Counted from the stretch's first letter, positions 37,696 through 47,916 are shown. The stretch: 64,000 nucleotides of DNA from Promethearchaeota archaeon (GCA_019058015.1 JAHLWH010000134.1:10299-74298); one strand, 5' to 3'. Numbers and translations are program-made. Notes: generated by a model from the letters alone, not told the origin.

Positions 37696-38040
37696 ATGAT
37701 GGCTAAAAAAATTGATAATTTAGATGATGAGATTGCTAAAGAAGGAATAACTATTGTAGATTTTACAGCTACTTGGTGCGGACCTTGTAAAGTAATTAGC
37801 CCAATATTACATAACCTTGAAGATAACGGTCTAATAAAAGTGGTTTCTGTAGATGTTGATTTGAATAAAGGACTTGCAATGAATTTTGGAATTCAGGCTG
37901 TTCCTTATCTTGTTTTTTATAAAAATGGTGATAGAGTTCATAATAATATAGAATTGGAAGGTTATAAAGTTATGAAAGATGGCGTAATCATTGGTGCTTT
38001 AAATGAAACATATTTACGACAAATTATTAGTCAATTATAA
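37696..38040 (+). CDS. thioredoxin
   Basis: WCGPCK active site. 114 aa. Confidence 0.85.
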   Translation: MMAKKIDNLDDEIAKEGITIVDFTATWCGPCKVISPILHNLEDNGLIKVVSVDVDLNKGLAMNFGIQAVPYLVFYKNGDRVHNNIELEGYKVMKDGVIIGALNETYLRQIISQL

Positions 38041-38183
38041 AAGTCTTTTTCATAATTTTTTTATCTAATTTTTAAAAAATATAAGATTTTAATAATATCT
38101 TTAATACGAAATTAGATTTGAAAAGGATTTTAAATTAATTTTTATTTTTAATCCTAATAATAATTACTTTTAAAGGTAATTTT

Positions 38184-38687
38184 ATGAATTATACAAGATC
38201 AGATCTAGTTCAAGCCGACGCTGCAATGAATCAAATGAGGAATGCAATATATCATTTAATTAGATTTATGAAAAAAGAAAATGTTAAAGATGTTAAAATG
38301 CGATTACAGCGCATAGGAAAAAATATTGCATCAACTTACAGCCGATATTGGCTCCCTAAAAGCGCGATAACCAAAGAAAATCTGGATATAATATTAAAAG
38401 AGATATATTCTTCTATTTTTAAGTCAAAAATTAATCTCGAGGTAGATTTTGGAAAAAATATTCTAAAAATAGTGGATAATAAATGCTGCCTATGTAAATA
38501 TAACTATCCGGATATAGACATCCCGGGATGTGAAGTGCTACAAGGGTTTTTACCAAATTTCATTGATATTTTAAATAAAAAACACCCTAATGAAAAAATT
38601 ATTTCGGTAAAACCTAAAGAAGTCAGTAGATCTAGAGCTATTGGAGATTCTCATTGCGTGCAAGAATTTTATATAAATGAGAAATAA
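38184..38687 (+). CDS. V4R-domain protein (Bet3/TRAPP-related fold)
   Basis: KCCLCKYNYP..PGCEVLQGFLPNFIDIL..AIGDSHCVQEFYI matches the V4R pattern C..C...C.f..G...G....a.Gd..C.f.i. Confidence 0.5.
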   Translation: MNYTRSDLVQADAAMNQMRNAIYHLIRFMKKENVKDVKMRLQRIGKNIASTYSRYWLPKSAITKENLDIILKEIYSSIFKSKINLEVDFGKNILKIVDNKCCLCKYNYPDIDIPGCEVLQGFLPNFIDILNKKHPNEKIISVKPKEVSRSRAIGDSHCVQEFYINEK

Positions 38688-38703
38688 TGGGGTGTAGAAT
38701 AAA

Positions 38704-40155
38704 ATGGGACTATTATCATGGTTAATTAAAAAAATTGGGAAGTCGCTTGGAAGAAATACTAAAGCATTATTTTATACTTTATTATATCGAGAAATTTTTA
38801 AAGAGATTTATGATATTAAAAAAGATTTAGATAAATCAGTTAAGATAATGAGATTTATTGGTGGAGAAGCTTCTTTGGAATCTATAAAAAGACAAGCGTC
38901 GATTTTAAAATTTTTACCTGGAGAACCAGATAGGGTATTAAAATATTTTGAACTTATATGGATCATAGTATTCGGAATGGAAATCGGAGAATATGAATAT
39001 GAAGAAGAAGTAGAAGAAGGCTATCCTTATCCAATAGTTCGAGTAAAAATAAAAAAATGCCCAGTTTGTGGAGGATATGGAATGGATCCTGAAGACACTA
39101 TTGATTTTAATGAATTAAAAGCAGACTCCGATGGAATGGCATGCGGATTTATTGGAATGATAGAAAAAGTAATTAATTATCTTCTTATGACAAAAGATAA
39201 CGATTTTAGGATGAAAATAACGGAAGAAAAATGTTACGCTAAGGGAGATGACATATTACAATTCAGAATGGATATTATAAATATTCACGATTTCAAATCA
39301 AAAATTCCCGGCTCTGAAGATTTTATTGCAGGAGAAAATGAACATGAACTATTGTTAGAAACTAAAGAAATTAAAGAAAGTGTGTTCGACAAGCTTCGAG
39401 ATAAGCTAGATTTAGATAGAATTGAAGAATTTTTTGATGAACCTTTAAATTCAATTAAAGAAAATCTTTCTAATCTTATAAGAGATAAAATGCATATGGA
39501 GCCTGAAGATTTTTTTGATTGGTTTACTAATTATGAGAGTGATATTTTTAGAATAATTGGTTATTTGAGCATACATCTACTTAATGAATATGGAGGACTT
39601 GCTGAGAAATATCTTTCAAATGAAATATTTGCAAAAATAAGTGGATATATTTTTCAGCAAATTAAAGAAACCTATAAAATATTTATTCCTTTTGATATAA
39701 TAGATGATTACCATCAACTTTTACTAGAATTTCTTAGAGATTTAGCTCCTGAAGAAATGGTAGAAAAAATTAAAGACCTTTCTCCAACCGATTGCACTGA
39801 CCTTATTTTAGAAGGAACTCAAATGGCATTAGAAGATCTCGGTATTGATTTTTCAGAATTAAAAGAGAATATATGGGAGGAATTAAAAAGACAAAAACCT
39901 ACTGAAGGGGAAAACGAATTAGCTTCTATTACTTCGACTAAAGAGGAAAAAGGATCAGCATTGATACAGATCTTCCAAGAAATATTATTGTTAATTAATG
40001 CCTTGTTGAGTCTTCCAGTTCGGATTATTCTAGCCCGTGAACATGAAAGTATAAAAACCACACTTAAATCAACAACCTCAGGAGGAGAGGTTCTGGAATC
40101 AATAAAACTTCACGCTGATAGAATCGTTGAATTTTTAGAAGAAATTAGAAGTTAA
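38704..40155 (+). CDS. V4R-like N-terminal domain fused to a ~290-aa acidic helical extension
   Basis: KKCPVCGGYG..MACGFIGMIEKVINYLL..EEKCYAKGDDILQFRMDI (V4R-like). The remainder is Glu/Leu-rich helical sequence with no recognised family. Confidence 0.45.
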   Translation: MGLLSWLIKKIGKSLGRNTKALFYTLLYREIFKEIYDIKKDLDKSVKIMRFIGGEASLESIKRQASILKFLPGEPDRVLKYFELIWIIVFGMEIGEYEYEEEVEEGYPYPIVRVKIKKCPVCGGYGMDPEDTIDFNELKADSDGMACGFIGMIEKVINYLLMTKDNDFRMKITEEKCYAKGDDILQFRMDIINIHDFKSKIPGSEDFIAGENEHELLLETKEIKESVFDKLRDKLDLDRIEEFFDEPLNSIKENLSNLIRDKMHMEPEDFFDWFTNYESDIFRIIGYLSIHLLNEYGGLAEKYLSNEIFAKISGYIFQQIKETYKIFIPFDIIDDYHQLLLEFLRDLAPEEMVEKIKDLSPTDCTDLILEGTQMALEDLGIDFSELKENIWEELKRQKPTEGENELASITSTKEEKGSALIQIFQEILLLINALLSLPVRIILAREHESIKTTLKSTTSGGEVLESIKLHADRIVEFLEEIRS

Positions 40156-40178
40156 TTATTGACTTTTATTTTTGTATA

Positions 40179-41162
40179 ATGGAAATTAAAAATTTTGCAG
40201 TACTTGGATATGGTTCTATCGGAAAAATTCACCTTCGGAATTTAAAGAAACATCCAAAAGCCGAAGTAAAAGCAGTATATTCTCGTTCTCATAAAGCAAA
40301 ACTTACTAAAGGAATAAATTTTTATACTTCTTATGAAAAATTGATTGAAAAAGAAGAAATTGATGCAGTACTCATTGCTACTCCCACATTCACTCATAGA
40401 AACATTGCTTGTTTCTGCGCCGAAAATGGTTTAGATATTTTTTTAGAAAAACCAATGGCACTAACACTTGATGAATGTGATAGTATTATTAATACTGTTG
40501 AAATTAATAATGTAAAACTTTTTATTGGGCATGTATTAAGATTTTGGCCTTCTTACCGCTATGTTAGAGATTTTATAATTAGTCCTAAATCCAATCTTGG
40601 TGATATACACACATTTATAGCGAAAAGATTAAGCACATTTCCATGGAGTGAGTGGTTTGCAGATGAAAAAAAATCTGGTGGTGTAATTTTTGACCTTTCT
40701 ATTCATGATCTTGATTATGCTTCATGGATTTTAGGAAATGTAATTTCTCTTTCATGTAAAGCAAAAAAAATAAAACGGTTTGATCGGAAGGTATTTGGTA
40801 AATCCAATACATCCTTAACATTTCAAGATGATAAAAAAGCTAAATGTACAGCGAGTTGGGCCGAAAAAAAAGATTTTATTTTTACTACATATGGAAATAT
40901 TATAGGAACAAGAGGAAATGTAGAATTCAATGGAGAAGGAATATTTGAAGGATATTCAGTTGAGATTATTGAGAAATTAAAATCACATGATGGTTATTAC
41001 AATGAACTATCTCATTTTATTGATTGTATTATTAATAGATATAAGAATTTAGCAATAGTTGGTGAAGATGGTAAAAATTCTGTTGCATTATGTTTAGCTG
41101 CAGTAGAATCAGCAAATAATAATGGAAAAACTGTTTTTTTAGATGAATATCTAAACTATTAA
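40179..41162 (+). CDS. Gfo/Idh/MocA-family NAD(P)-dependent oxidoreductase
   Basis: AVLGYGSIGKIHLRNL Rossmann N-terminus and EKPMALT motif. Confidence 0.8.
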   Translation: MEIKNFAVLGYGSIGKIHLRNLKKHPKAEVKAVYSRSHKAKLTKGINFYTSYEKLIEKEEIDAVLIATPTFTHRNIACFCAENGLDIFLEKPMALTLDECDSIINTVEINNVKLFIGHVLRFWPSYRYVRDFIISPKSNLGDIHTFIAKRLSTFPWSEWFADEKKSGGVIFDLSIHDLDYASWILGNVISLSCKAKKIKRFDRKVFGKSNTSLTFQDDKKAKCTASWAEKKDFIFTTYGNIIGTRGNVEFNGEGIFEGYSVEIIEKLKSHDGYYNELSHFIDCIINRYKNLAIVGEDGKNSVALCLAAVESANNNGKTVFLDEYLNY

Positions 41163-41257
41163 AATTAAACCTTCTCTTTTCTAAATGTCTTTAATCTTTA
41201 TGTAATTCTCTATCCATAAATCCAATAGAAATTCCTAAATTCTTGGCGATAAAGCCT

Positions 41258-42613
41258 TCAATTTTTTTTTAATTGGGAAATTTCTGATTTATACCTTTGA
41301 TAAAATAATTCAACGATATTTTGGAAAAAAAAGCGTTCTTTCAAAACATCATAATGTGATTTATTTTTTAAACTTGTTAATTTTGGTATTTCTTCTGATT
41401 TAATCTTACCCTCCGCTACGAGATTCATTCGACATTTAAATTGGTCAATTAAATCTACTGGTCTAAGAATTATTGAAAATATTTCAGAAATCTCTTTAAT
41501 TAAATCCACTATTTTTAATTTAGTGTTTAATTCCCTATTTGAATATAGATATGAATCTATTTTCTTAATTAGTGACTCTTTCTTATTAATATCAAGATAA
41601 TCTTCCTCTGATATTATATCATCAATAAATCGAATTATTTTATTTATTATGGTTTCATTTATCTTGCTTTTTAAAAATTCATTTGTTAATTTTTGTAAAA
41701 AAGTATCTTTTATATATTTCTTAAATCTGATAATTATTGCTTGACTTTCTTTTCTATCAGAACAAATCTCAATAATTTCACCTTTTGGAGTACTATAACT
41801 AAATCCGTGCCCCTCTGGCCCTAATCCTCCTAAAAAAATCATGGAATATGTATAGAAATTATACCATTTTGGATTTATCATCTTATTTAAATTGATTTTA
41901 ATATTATTTTCTGAAATTAAATGAGTTTTATCGTCAATTTCTATTATTAAGAAATTATCTTCATCATAAATTTCTTTCAAATCAAAATTATGTATTTTAT
42001 TAATGTGAGCTTTAAAGATTTTTAAATATCTTGATATTTTTCCTAAATTTTTTACACTTAATCCATAAACTGAATAATTATTAAAATAGTTACGAATTTG
42101 TTCCGCAATTTCCTCAAGATTACTATAACCTGGATATATTCCATCTGTTTGAACAAATAAATCATATAACCCTTCAGGTAAATCTTTATATACAAAATAG
42201 ATAAAATAATCACTAACTTCTCCAAATATATCCATTAAATTTTCCATAAAAAGAGTTTTTTGCTTTAATTTTTTAATTAAATTAATTTTCTTTTCATTTA
42301 ATTCTCTATAACTTAAATTATAACGAATTACATATTGCAAGATGCTAATAATTCCACCTAAATGTAGATTTTGAATACAATCATTGATAGCTAATTGAAT
42401 TTTTTTAAATCTATCTGGAATTTTTAGAGGATCAACAAAAATGCCTAGTTTTAAGGCTAAATCTAGAATGCTTTGAAAATATTTTAATGAATCAAGAGTT
42501 ATACAATTTGACAATATTTTATGTATGTATTGTTCAGAATCAACATATTTTTTCTCATGAATTTTATTCCGCAATTCTTTTTCTAATTTAGGAAGATACT
42601 TGGGAATATTCAT
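41258..42613 (-). CDS. hypothetical protein, no recognisable family; second gene of the roadblock operon
   Basis: Long uninterrupted ORF 57 nt downstream of the roadblock gene on the same strand. No P-loop or other motif found by eye. One conspicuous Gly-rich patch: IFLGGLGPEGHGFSYSTPKGE. Confidence 0.5.
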   Translation of the reverse strand: MNIPKYLPKLEKELRNKIHEKKYVDSEQYIHKILSNCITLDSLKYFQSILDLALKLGIFVDPLKIPDRFKKIQLAINDCIQNLHLGGIISILQYVIRYNLSYRELNEKKINLIKKLKQKTLFMENLMDIFGEVSDYFIYFVYKDLPEGLYDLFVQTDGIYPGYSNLEEIAEQIRNYFNNYSVYGLSVKNLGKISRYLKIFKAHINKIHNFDLKEIYDEDNFLIIEIDDKTHLISENNIKINLNKMINPKWYNFYTYSMIFLGGLGPEGHGFSYSTPKGEIIEICSDRKESQAIIIRFKKYIKDTFLQKLTNEFLKSKINETIINKIIRFIDDIISEEDYLDINKKESLIKKIDSYLYSNRELNTKLKIVDLIKEISEIFSIILRPVDLIDQFKCRMNLVAEGKIKSEEIPKLTSLKNKSHYDVLKERFFFQNIVELFYQRYKSEISQLKKN

Positions 42614-42670
42614 TACTAAAATAAGGTTATATTAATATAAAAAAATCGCCTTTATTATATCAGTTTTGAT

Positions 42671-43063
42671 TTAATCTAATAAGTTAGCTATTTTTTTAGA
42701 AGCAGCAATAATATTTAGGAAAACCATGCCCAAAGAAGGATTTTGAGATGTCAAAACACACAGGATTGCATTGTTTCCTGCCCTTGATAAAATAATTAAG
42801 CCCTCATCTCCTTCAATCATAATTCTTTTAAAATTTCCACGGGCTAACTCAGATACAGCTCTCTCGGATACACTTATTATAGCAGCAGACATAGCACTTA
42901 TAATACCGTTATTAGTTTCTCCTCCATATACAGTTCTTAATCTTGGGAGGGCGCTAGCTATTGGTAATCCTTGAATACTAACAATAGAACTCCCTTGAAT
43001 TTCAGAATTCATTGCTTCCATTTGTCGAAGTATATTTGCAAGTTCCGAGAGGTTTTCTGACAA
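42671..43063 (-). CDS. roadblock/LC7 (MglB-like) domain protein
   Basis: Helix (LSELANILRQMEAMNSEI) - G - strand pair (SSIVSIQGLPIAS) - helix (ISAMSAAIISVSERA) - three strands (FKRIMIEGDEGLIILSRAGNNAILCVLT) - helix. 130 aa. Confidence 0.75.
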   Translation of the reverse strand: MSENLSELANILRQMEAMNSEIQGSSIVSIQGLPIASALPRLRTVYGGETNNGIISAMSAAIISVSERAVSELARGNFKRIMIEGDEGLIILSRAGNNAILCVLTSQNPSLGMVFLNIIAASKKIANLLD

Positions 43064-43248
43064 TTTTAATCAAAAATCAAAAATGTTTAAAGTATTAATC
43101 TTAACAAAAGTAATATTTTATTACATTAATTTATATTTTTTATTTTTTTTAATGTAATTTATATTTTATCAATTAATTTTAATTAGTGTTTAGAATATTT
43201 AATAATTAATTTTAGAATTTGATTAATATTAGTGATGAGTAAGAAACA

Positions 43249-44292
43249 ATGAGTGAGAAGAAAGCTCCAAAAACAGTTAAAAATCGAATAGAAAATTCAA
43301 CTGAACAACAAAATGAAGAAAAAGAAGATTATAAAGAAAAACCAATTGTAAAAGAATCACCAGATGAAAAAAAGAAAGAAGAGGAAGATGAATTAAAAAA
43401 AAAGATTGAATCGACCAAAAAAGCAGGAGAAATCGCCAAAAAAATAAAAGATGCTATTCGCCCTAAAATAAAAGTCGGTGTAAAAGCAATTGACATAATA
43501 AAAGAAATTGAGAATATGATTTTTGATTTAGAAGCTAAACCTGCTTTTCCAATCAATATCTGCATTAATAACATTGCTGCACATTATACTTCACCTGTAA
43601 AAGATGAGATGGTAATAAATGAGGGAGATATTGTTAAAATTGATTTTGGAGTTCATATCGATGGTTATTGTGTTGACACTGCATTTACTTTAAGTTTTAA
43701 TGATAATGAAGAACTAAAAAATATAGTAGAAGCACCAGAAGTAGCGGTTAAGGCAGCAATAATGATGATGAAACCCGGTGTTAAAACCAATGAGATTGGT
43801 AATAAAATTGAGCAAATAATTAAAGGTTATGGATTTAAATCGATAAAGGAGTTGGGAGGTCATTCTGTAGAACGGTGGAGAGTTCATGGATCAAAAGAAC
43901 TCCCAAACCAAAGCTCAAAGCATGGAATAGAAATTGAAGAAAAAGAAATATTTGCCGTTGAAGTTTTTGCTTCTACTGGAGAAGGAACGGTTCATAGATC
44001 CGGAAATGTGCATATTTATAGCCTAAATCCTTCTGCTGGGAGAGTTCCTTTAAGACGAAAAATTTCCAGAAAGATTTTAGGCTTTATCTCAAAAGAATAT
44101 AAAACATTACCTTTTTGTGAGCGACAACTTATAGCTGAATTAAAAACTGGTATTAGCTTTGGATTACAAGAACTAAAAAATTCAGGGAAAATCACTCAAT
44201 ATCCTGTACTTCTTGAAAGGAAAGGTGTATATATTTCGCAACATGAGGAAACAGTTTTAATTACCAAAGATGGATGTACACAATTAACTTAG
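43249..44292 (+). CDS. map: type 2 methionine aminopeptidase with Lys/Glu-rich N-terminal extension
   Basis: DFGVHIDGYCVDTAFT, GGHSVERWRVHG, FAVEVFASTGEG and QHEETVLITKDG metal-ligand regions. About 55 aa of charged N-terminal sequence precede the catalytic domain. Confidence 0.85.
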   Translation: MSEKKAPKTVKNRIENSTEQQNEEKEDYKEKPIVKESPDEKKKEEEDELKKKIESTKKAGEIAKKIKDAIRPKIKVGVKAIDIIKEIENMIFDLEAKPAFPINICINNIAAHYTSPVKDEMVINEGDIVKIDFGVHIDGYCVDTAFTLSFNDNEELKNIVEAPEVAVKAAIMMMKPGVKTNEIGNKIEQIIKGYGFKSIKELGGHSVERWRVHGSKELPNQSSKHGIEIEEKEIFAVEVFASTGEGTVHRSGNVHIYSLNPSAGRVPLRRKISRKILGFISKEYKTLPFCERQLIAELKTGISFGLQELKNSGKITQYPVLLERKGVYISQHEETVLITKDGCTQLT

Positions 44293-44338
44293 ACTAAATC
44301 AAATATTAAAATAATATAATAATAGAAATAAGATTATT

Positions 44339-45466
44339 ATGCGAAAAAAAGGCAAATTAAACAAAAATAATCCCATAAAAATCTGTCTTGTATCTCTTGC
44401 CTTTTTTCCGGATAAAAAAGATGGATCTGCAAAAATTGCTACCTCTATCTATAATTATTTAAACGATAATGGCTATGATATAAAGGTTATCACTGCAAAA
44501 TGGAATGTTGATTTAAAAGATCCAAATATAATTCAAATAAATATTATTAGAAAGAGATTTTTTTGGTTCCCTCAATTCATATTAAGTGTTTTCAGAATTT
44601 TAAACAAACAAAAATTTGATATAATTCATGGTAATGGATCTAGGGTAAGTATTTCATTTCTTTTTAGAAAATATCTTACTACTATTCACGATCTAGGACC
44701 TTTTGAAACAAGTTTTTCAAAAATCCCAATTTTACTAATGTTAGAAAAATTAAATGCTTTTAGAGCTAAAAGAATAATTACTCCATCAAATATAATTAAA
44801 ATGGGTTTAAAATATTACATTCGACGACTTAATATTAAAAAAATTAAATGTGTATATAATCCAATCGATCCAAAATTTAAACCTTATCCTAAACAAGGCT
44901 TTTCTCTAAAAGAAAAATTGAATTTAAAGGGACCAACTATTCTTTATATCGGACGTATCGCATTTTATAAAGGTATAGATGATATTATTAAAGCCTATCA
45001 CTTAGTAAAAAAGGAAATACCTGATTTAAATTTAGTTATTGGGGGAAAACCTACATTAAAAATGGCAAATATATATCAAAGTTGGAAAGAAAAATATAAA
45101 GATATAAAATTTGTAGGAATGATTCCAGAAGAAAAGATTCAACATTACTATTCCATGGCAGATGTGTTTGTTACTTATTCTAATGCATCCGAAGGATTTG
45201 GTTTAACTCCAATCGAATCTATTGCTTGTGGAACTCCAGTAATTTGTTCAAATCTTCCAGCATATAGAGAGATATTAGGTGATAATGCTATTTTTGTTCC
45301 CCCGAAAGAACCTGAATTATTGGCAGAAAAAATCAAATATTATTTTAAGAAAGAAGAAATTAAAAAAAATTTAATAAATAAATCTCAAGAAATAATTAAA
45401 AAGTATTCTATGGAGTCTTTTGGTAAAAATTTATTAGACATTTATCAAGAATTCCTTAAAATTTAG
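44339..45466 (+). CDS. glycosyltransferase (GT4-like)
   Basis: SNASEGFGLTPIESIACGTPVICSNLPAYREI donor-binding region. Confidence 0.8.
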   Translation: MRKKGKLNKNNPIKICLVSLAFFPDKKDGSAKIATSIYNYLNDNGYDIKVITAKWNVDLKDPNIIQINIIRKRFFWFPQFILSVFRILNKQKFDIIHGNGSRVSISFLFRKYLTTIHDLGPFETSFSKIPILLMLEKLNAFRAKRIITPSNIIKMGLKYYIRRLNIKKIKCVYNPIDPKFKPYPKQGFSLKEKLNLKGPTILYIGRIAFYKGIDDIIKAYHLVKKEIPDLNLVIGGKPTLKMANIYQSWKEKYKDIKFVGMIPEEKIQHYYSMADVFVTYSNASEGFGLTPIESIACGTPVICSNLPAYREILGDNAIFVPPKEPELLAEKIKYYFKKEEIKKNLINKSQEIIKKYSMESFGKNLLDIYQEFLKI

Positions 45467-46529
45467 AAATTCTTTCTTTAAATTTAGTTATACATATTTC
45501 AATTGGATTGTCTAATTTTCTAATTTTTTGAAAAGTATCAATTTTGTAATTACTTTCTAAATATTTAATTGCCTGATTGACAGAATCCTTTGCTAAATGA
45601 AAATGTTTTAAAGGAAAGCCATTATCCATAAGAAATTGCTCTTGTGGATAAGTTTCTAAAGGAAAAAATTCAATAGAAGGCACACCTAATAAAGCAGATT
45701 CTCTCACCATAGTTCCACCGCCAGTAATTACTAATTTCGCAAAATACATTATTTGGGCTAAATTATCTAATCCTTGGTATATTTTAACGGTATCAACATT
45801 AATATATTCATTAAATTTTAACTTAAGAAAATTATATTGTTCCTCATTTCGAGTTATGATTAAAAATTTATAGTCAGATGTATGCTGTAATAATTCAGGT
45901 ATTATCTCTGATAATTGAGTTTCATGAGGTTTCATTTTAATAGCTAAATAACCAGCCTTAGTAGGTTCTGTTCGACACACAACATACTTATCTTTTGTCA
46001 AATTTAAATAATTTAAAACGCTTTCATCTGGAATAAAGTCTGAAAGCCATCCAACCTCATCAATTCCATTAAATCGAATTATTTTTTCTTCTTTAAGCCC
46101 ATATTCTAAATACAATTTTAATGGAATACATTTTGGGACAATAATTTGATTTACATAGGGGAATGTTGTAGAACATGGTCCATAAGATCTTGGTTCATCA
46201 TTAAACATTATATTAGGAATCTGGAGCCCAAAGGAAATTCGTAATGCCTCTGGACTTGTTATACAAAATAAAAATTCTGGTTTTTCCTTACTAATAACTT
46301 CAATTAGTTCTGACAGTCTTTTTGAATATGCCTCTAATTTACCAAGTACAGTTCTCCCACCATACTTTCCTACTGGAATATAATCTACTCCCCATTTATT
46401 TAATAAATAATAGGTCGAATCAAAATCCCTCGCAGTTATGAAAACGTCATTATCCTTCATTAATTTTTCATAAAGAGGTCTAAGCATTGTAACACTTTTT
46501 GGCTCACAAAAATCTAACCAAATTTTCAA
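45456..46529 (-). CDS. DUF354-family protein (predicted GT-B glycosyltransferase/epimerase-like)
   Basis: MKIWLDFCEPKSV..FITARDFDSTYYLLNKWGVDY N-terminus, characteristic of DUF354. C-terminal GGGTMVRESALLGVPSI. Confidence 0.7.
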   Translation of the reverse strand: MKIWLDFCEPKSVTMLRPLYEKLMKDNDVFITARDFDSTYYLLNKWGVDYIPVGKYGGRTVLGKLEAYSKRLSELIEVISKEKPEFLFCITSPEALRISFGLQIPNIMFNDEPRSYGPCSTTFPYVNQIIVPKCIPLKLYLEYGLKEEKIIRFNGIDEVGWLSDFIPDESVLNYLNLTKDKYVVCRTEPTKAGYLAIKMKPHETQLSEIIPELLQHTSDYKFLIITRNEEQYNFLKLKFNEYINVDTVKIYQGLDNLAQIMYFAKLVITGGGTMVRESALLGVPSIEFFPLETYPQEQFLMDNGFPLKHFHLAKDSVNQAIKYLESNYKIDTFQKIRKLDNPIEICITKFKERISKF

Positions 46530-46552
46530 TATTTTAATACCCTCCTTAAAAA

Positions 46553-47566
46553 TTAAACCCTAGGTTGACAATTCCACTGTTCTAAATTTTCCCTAATCCA
46601 TTCTACTTCTTTTTTAACGCCTTCTTCAAACTTAATTTTAGGTTCATAATCTAATTCTTTAGAAATTAAAGAACTATCTAAAATAAAATCTCTCAATTCT
46701 CCAGGTAATCTTTTTCGATTAGGTTGATATTTGCTAGATTCACCTGGTTTAGGATCATCATAAATTGGTTTTAATTTAGGATTTATGAGTTTAATAACGA
46801 TTTCGGCAACTTCATTAATTGAATAAAATTCTTTTCCTCCAACGTTATATACTTTACCACCAGTTTTCTCATTTTTTAACGCAAGAATATTGGCATCAAC
46901 CGCATCATTAATATATACATAATCTCGAACTTGTTTTCCATCTCCAAATATTATCGGTGCCTTACCCTCTAAAACTCTTTTAATAAATAATGTTAATACT
47001 CTTCCATACCACTCTCTCGGTCCATATACAATTCCATACCGAAGTGAAGTAGTTGGAAAACCATATAATAAATAATATTGAAGGCAATATTTTTCTCCCG
47101 CTAATTTACTCACTCCATAAGGCCAATGAGGCATTAATGGATGATTTTCTGGCTCTGGAGTTAATTGAGCTTGCCCATAAACACCTCCAGAAGAAGCATA
47201 AATTAATTTTTCTACATCATTTTTTAATGCCGCGTTTAATACATTTAGAGTTCCTTCTATATTAGTTCGTAAATCATGGATTGTATTTTCGATTCCAGTA
47301 AAAACTTCAAGTTCAGCGGCATGATGTGAAACTAAATCCACATCTTTCATGCTCTCTTCTAACTTTTCATAGTCTAAAATATCCCCTTTTATTATTTCTA
47401 TAGGTTTTTTTTCGAGAAAATCTTTATTACCAGTTGAAAAATTATCATATACAATTACTTTACCAGCTTCTTCTTCTAAAAATCGATCTACTAAATGAGA
47501 ACCAATAAAACCGGCTCCCCCTGTAATCAAAACATTTTTTCCTTCAATATTCATTATTTTTCCCAT
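46553..47566 (-). CDS. NAD-dependent nucleotide-sugar epimerase/dehydratase (SDR)
   Basis: VLITGGAGFIGSHLVDRF and YGVSKLAGE (YxxxK). Confidence 0.9.
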   Translation of the reverse strand: MGKIMNIEGKNVLITGGAGFIGSHLVDRFLEEEAGKVIVYDNFSTGNKDFLEKKPIEIIKGDILDYEKLEESMKDVDLVSHHAAELEVFTGIENTIHDLRTNIEGTLNVLNAALKNDVEKLIYASSGGVYGQAQLTPEPENHPLMPHWPYGVSKLAGEKYCLQYYLLYGFPTTSLRYGIVYGPREWYGRVLTLFIKRVLEGKAPIIFGDGKQVRDYVYINDAVDANILALKNEKTGGKVYNVGGKEFYSINEVAEIVIKLINPKLKPIYDDPKPGESSKYQPNRKRLPGELRDFILDSSLISKELDYEPKIKFEEGVKKEVEWIRENLEQWNCQPRV

Positions 47567-47598
47567 TATGCAGTGAAGAATCCATATTAGTTAATAAA

Positions 47599-47916
47599 TT
47601 AACCTTTAAATTCCTTATTACATTGACACGGCTTTGAATTACACACATAACATTTATCCGGATATTTATTCTTTAAAGATTTTTCTAAGTCTATATTAAG
47701 AATGTTTGCAATGGATACTGTCCAAGCAATTATATCTGCTAATTCTTCAGAAATGTGGGGAATTTCTAATTCCTCCATCTTTAAATTCCTAGCTAATTCT
47801 CCTATTTCCACTACTAGCCATATAAAATTTTTATACACTCCCCTCTCTTTATCCCGATGATAATATAAATCTTTTATGAGCTTTTGAAATTCTGAGATTC
47901 TCATTTTACAACTCAC
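47599..47916 (-). CDS. MazG-like nucleotide pyrophosphohydrolase domain protein with Cys-rich tail
   Basis: EIGELARNL..EELADIIAWTVSIANILNIDL (EExxE/D-type helices). C-terminal CYVCNSKPCQC. Confidence 0.6.
   Translation of the reverse strand: MSCKMRISEFQKLIKDLYYHRDKERGVYKNFIWLVVEIGELARNLKMEELEIPHISEELADIIAWTVSIANILNIDLEKSLKNKYPDKCYVCNSKPCQCNKEFKG

Noticed and set aside
43127-43167. 13-nt direct repeat taatttatatttt (43127-43139 and 43155-43167) in the roadblock/map divergent spacer.
   Set aside because: It is most simply two TATA-box-like AT-rich promoter elements, or chance repetition in very AT-rich DNA. That is not enough to call a regulatory site.
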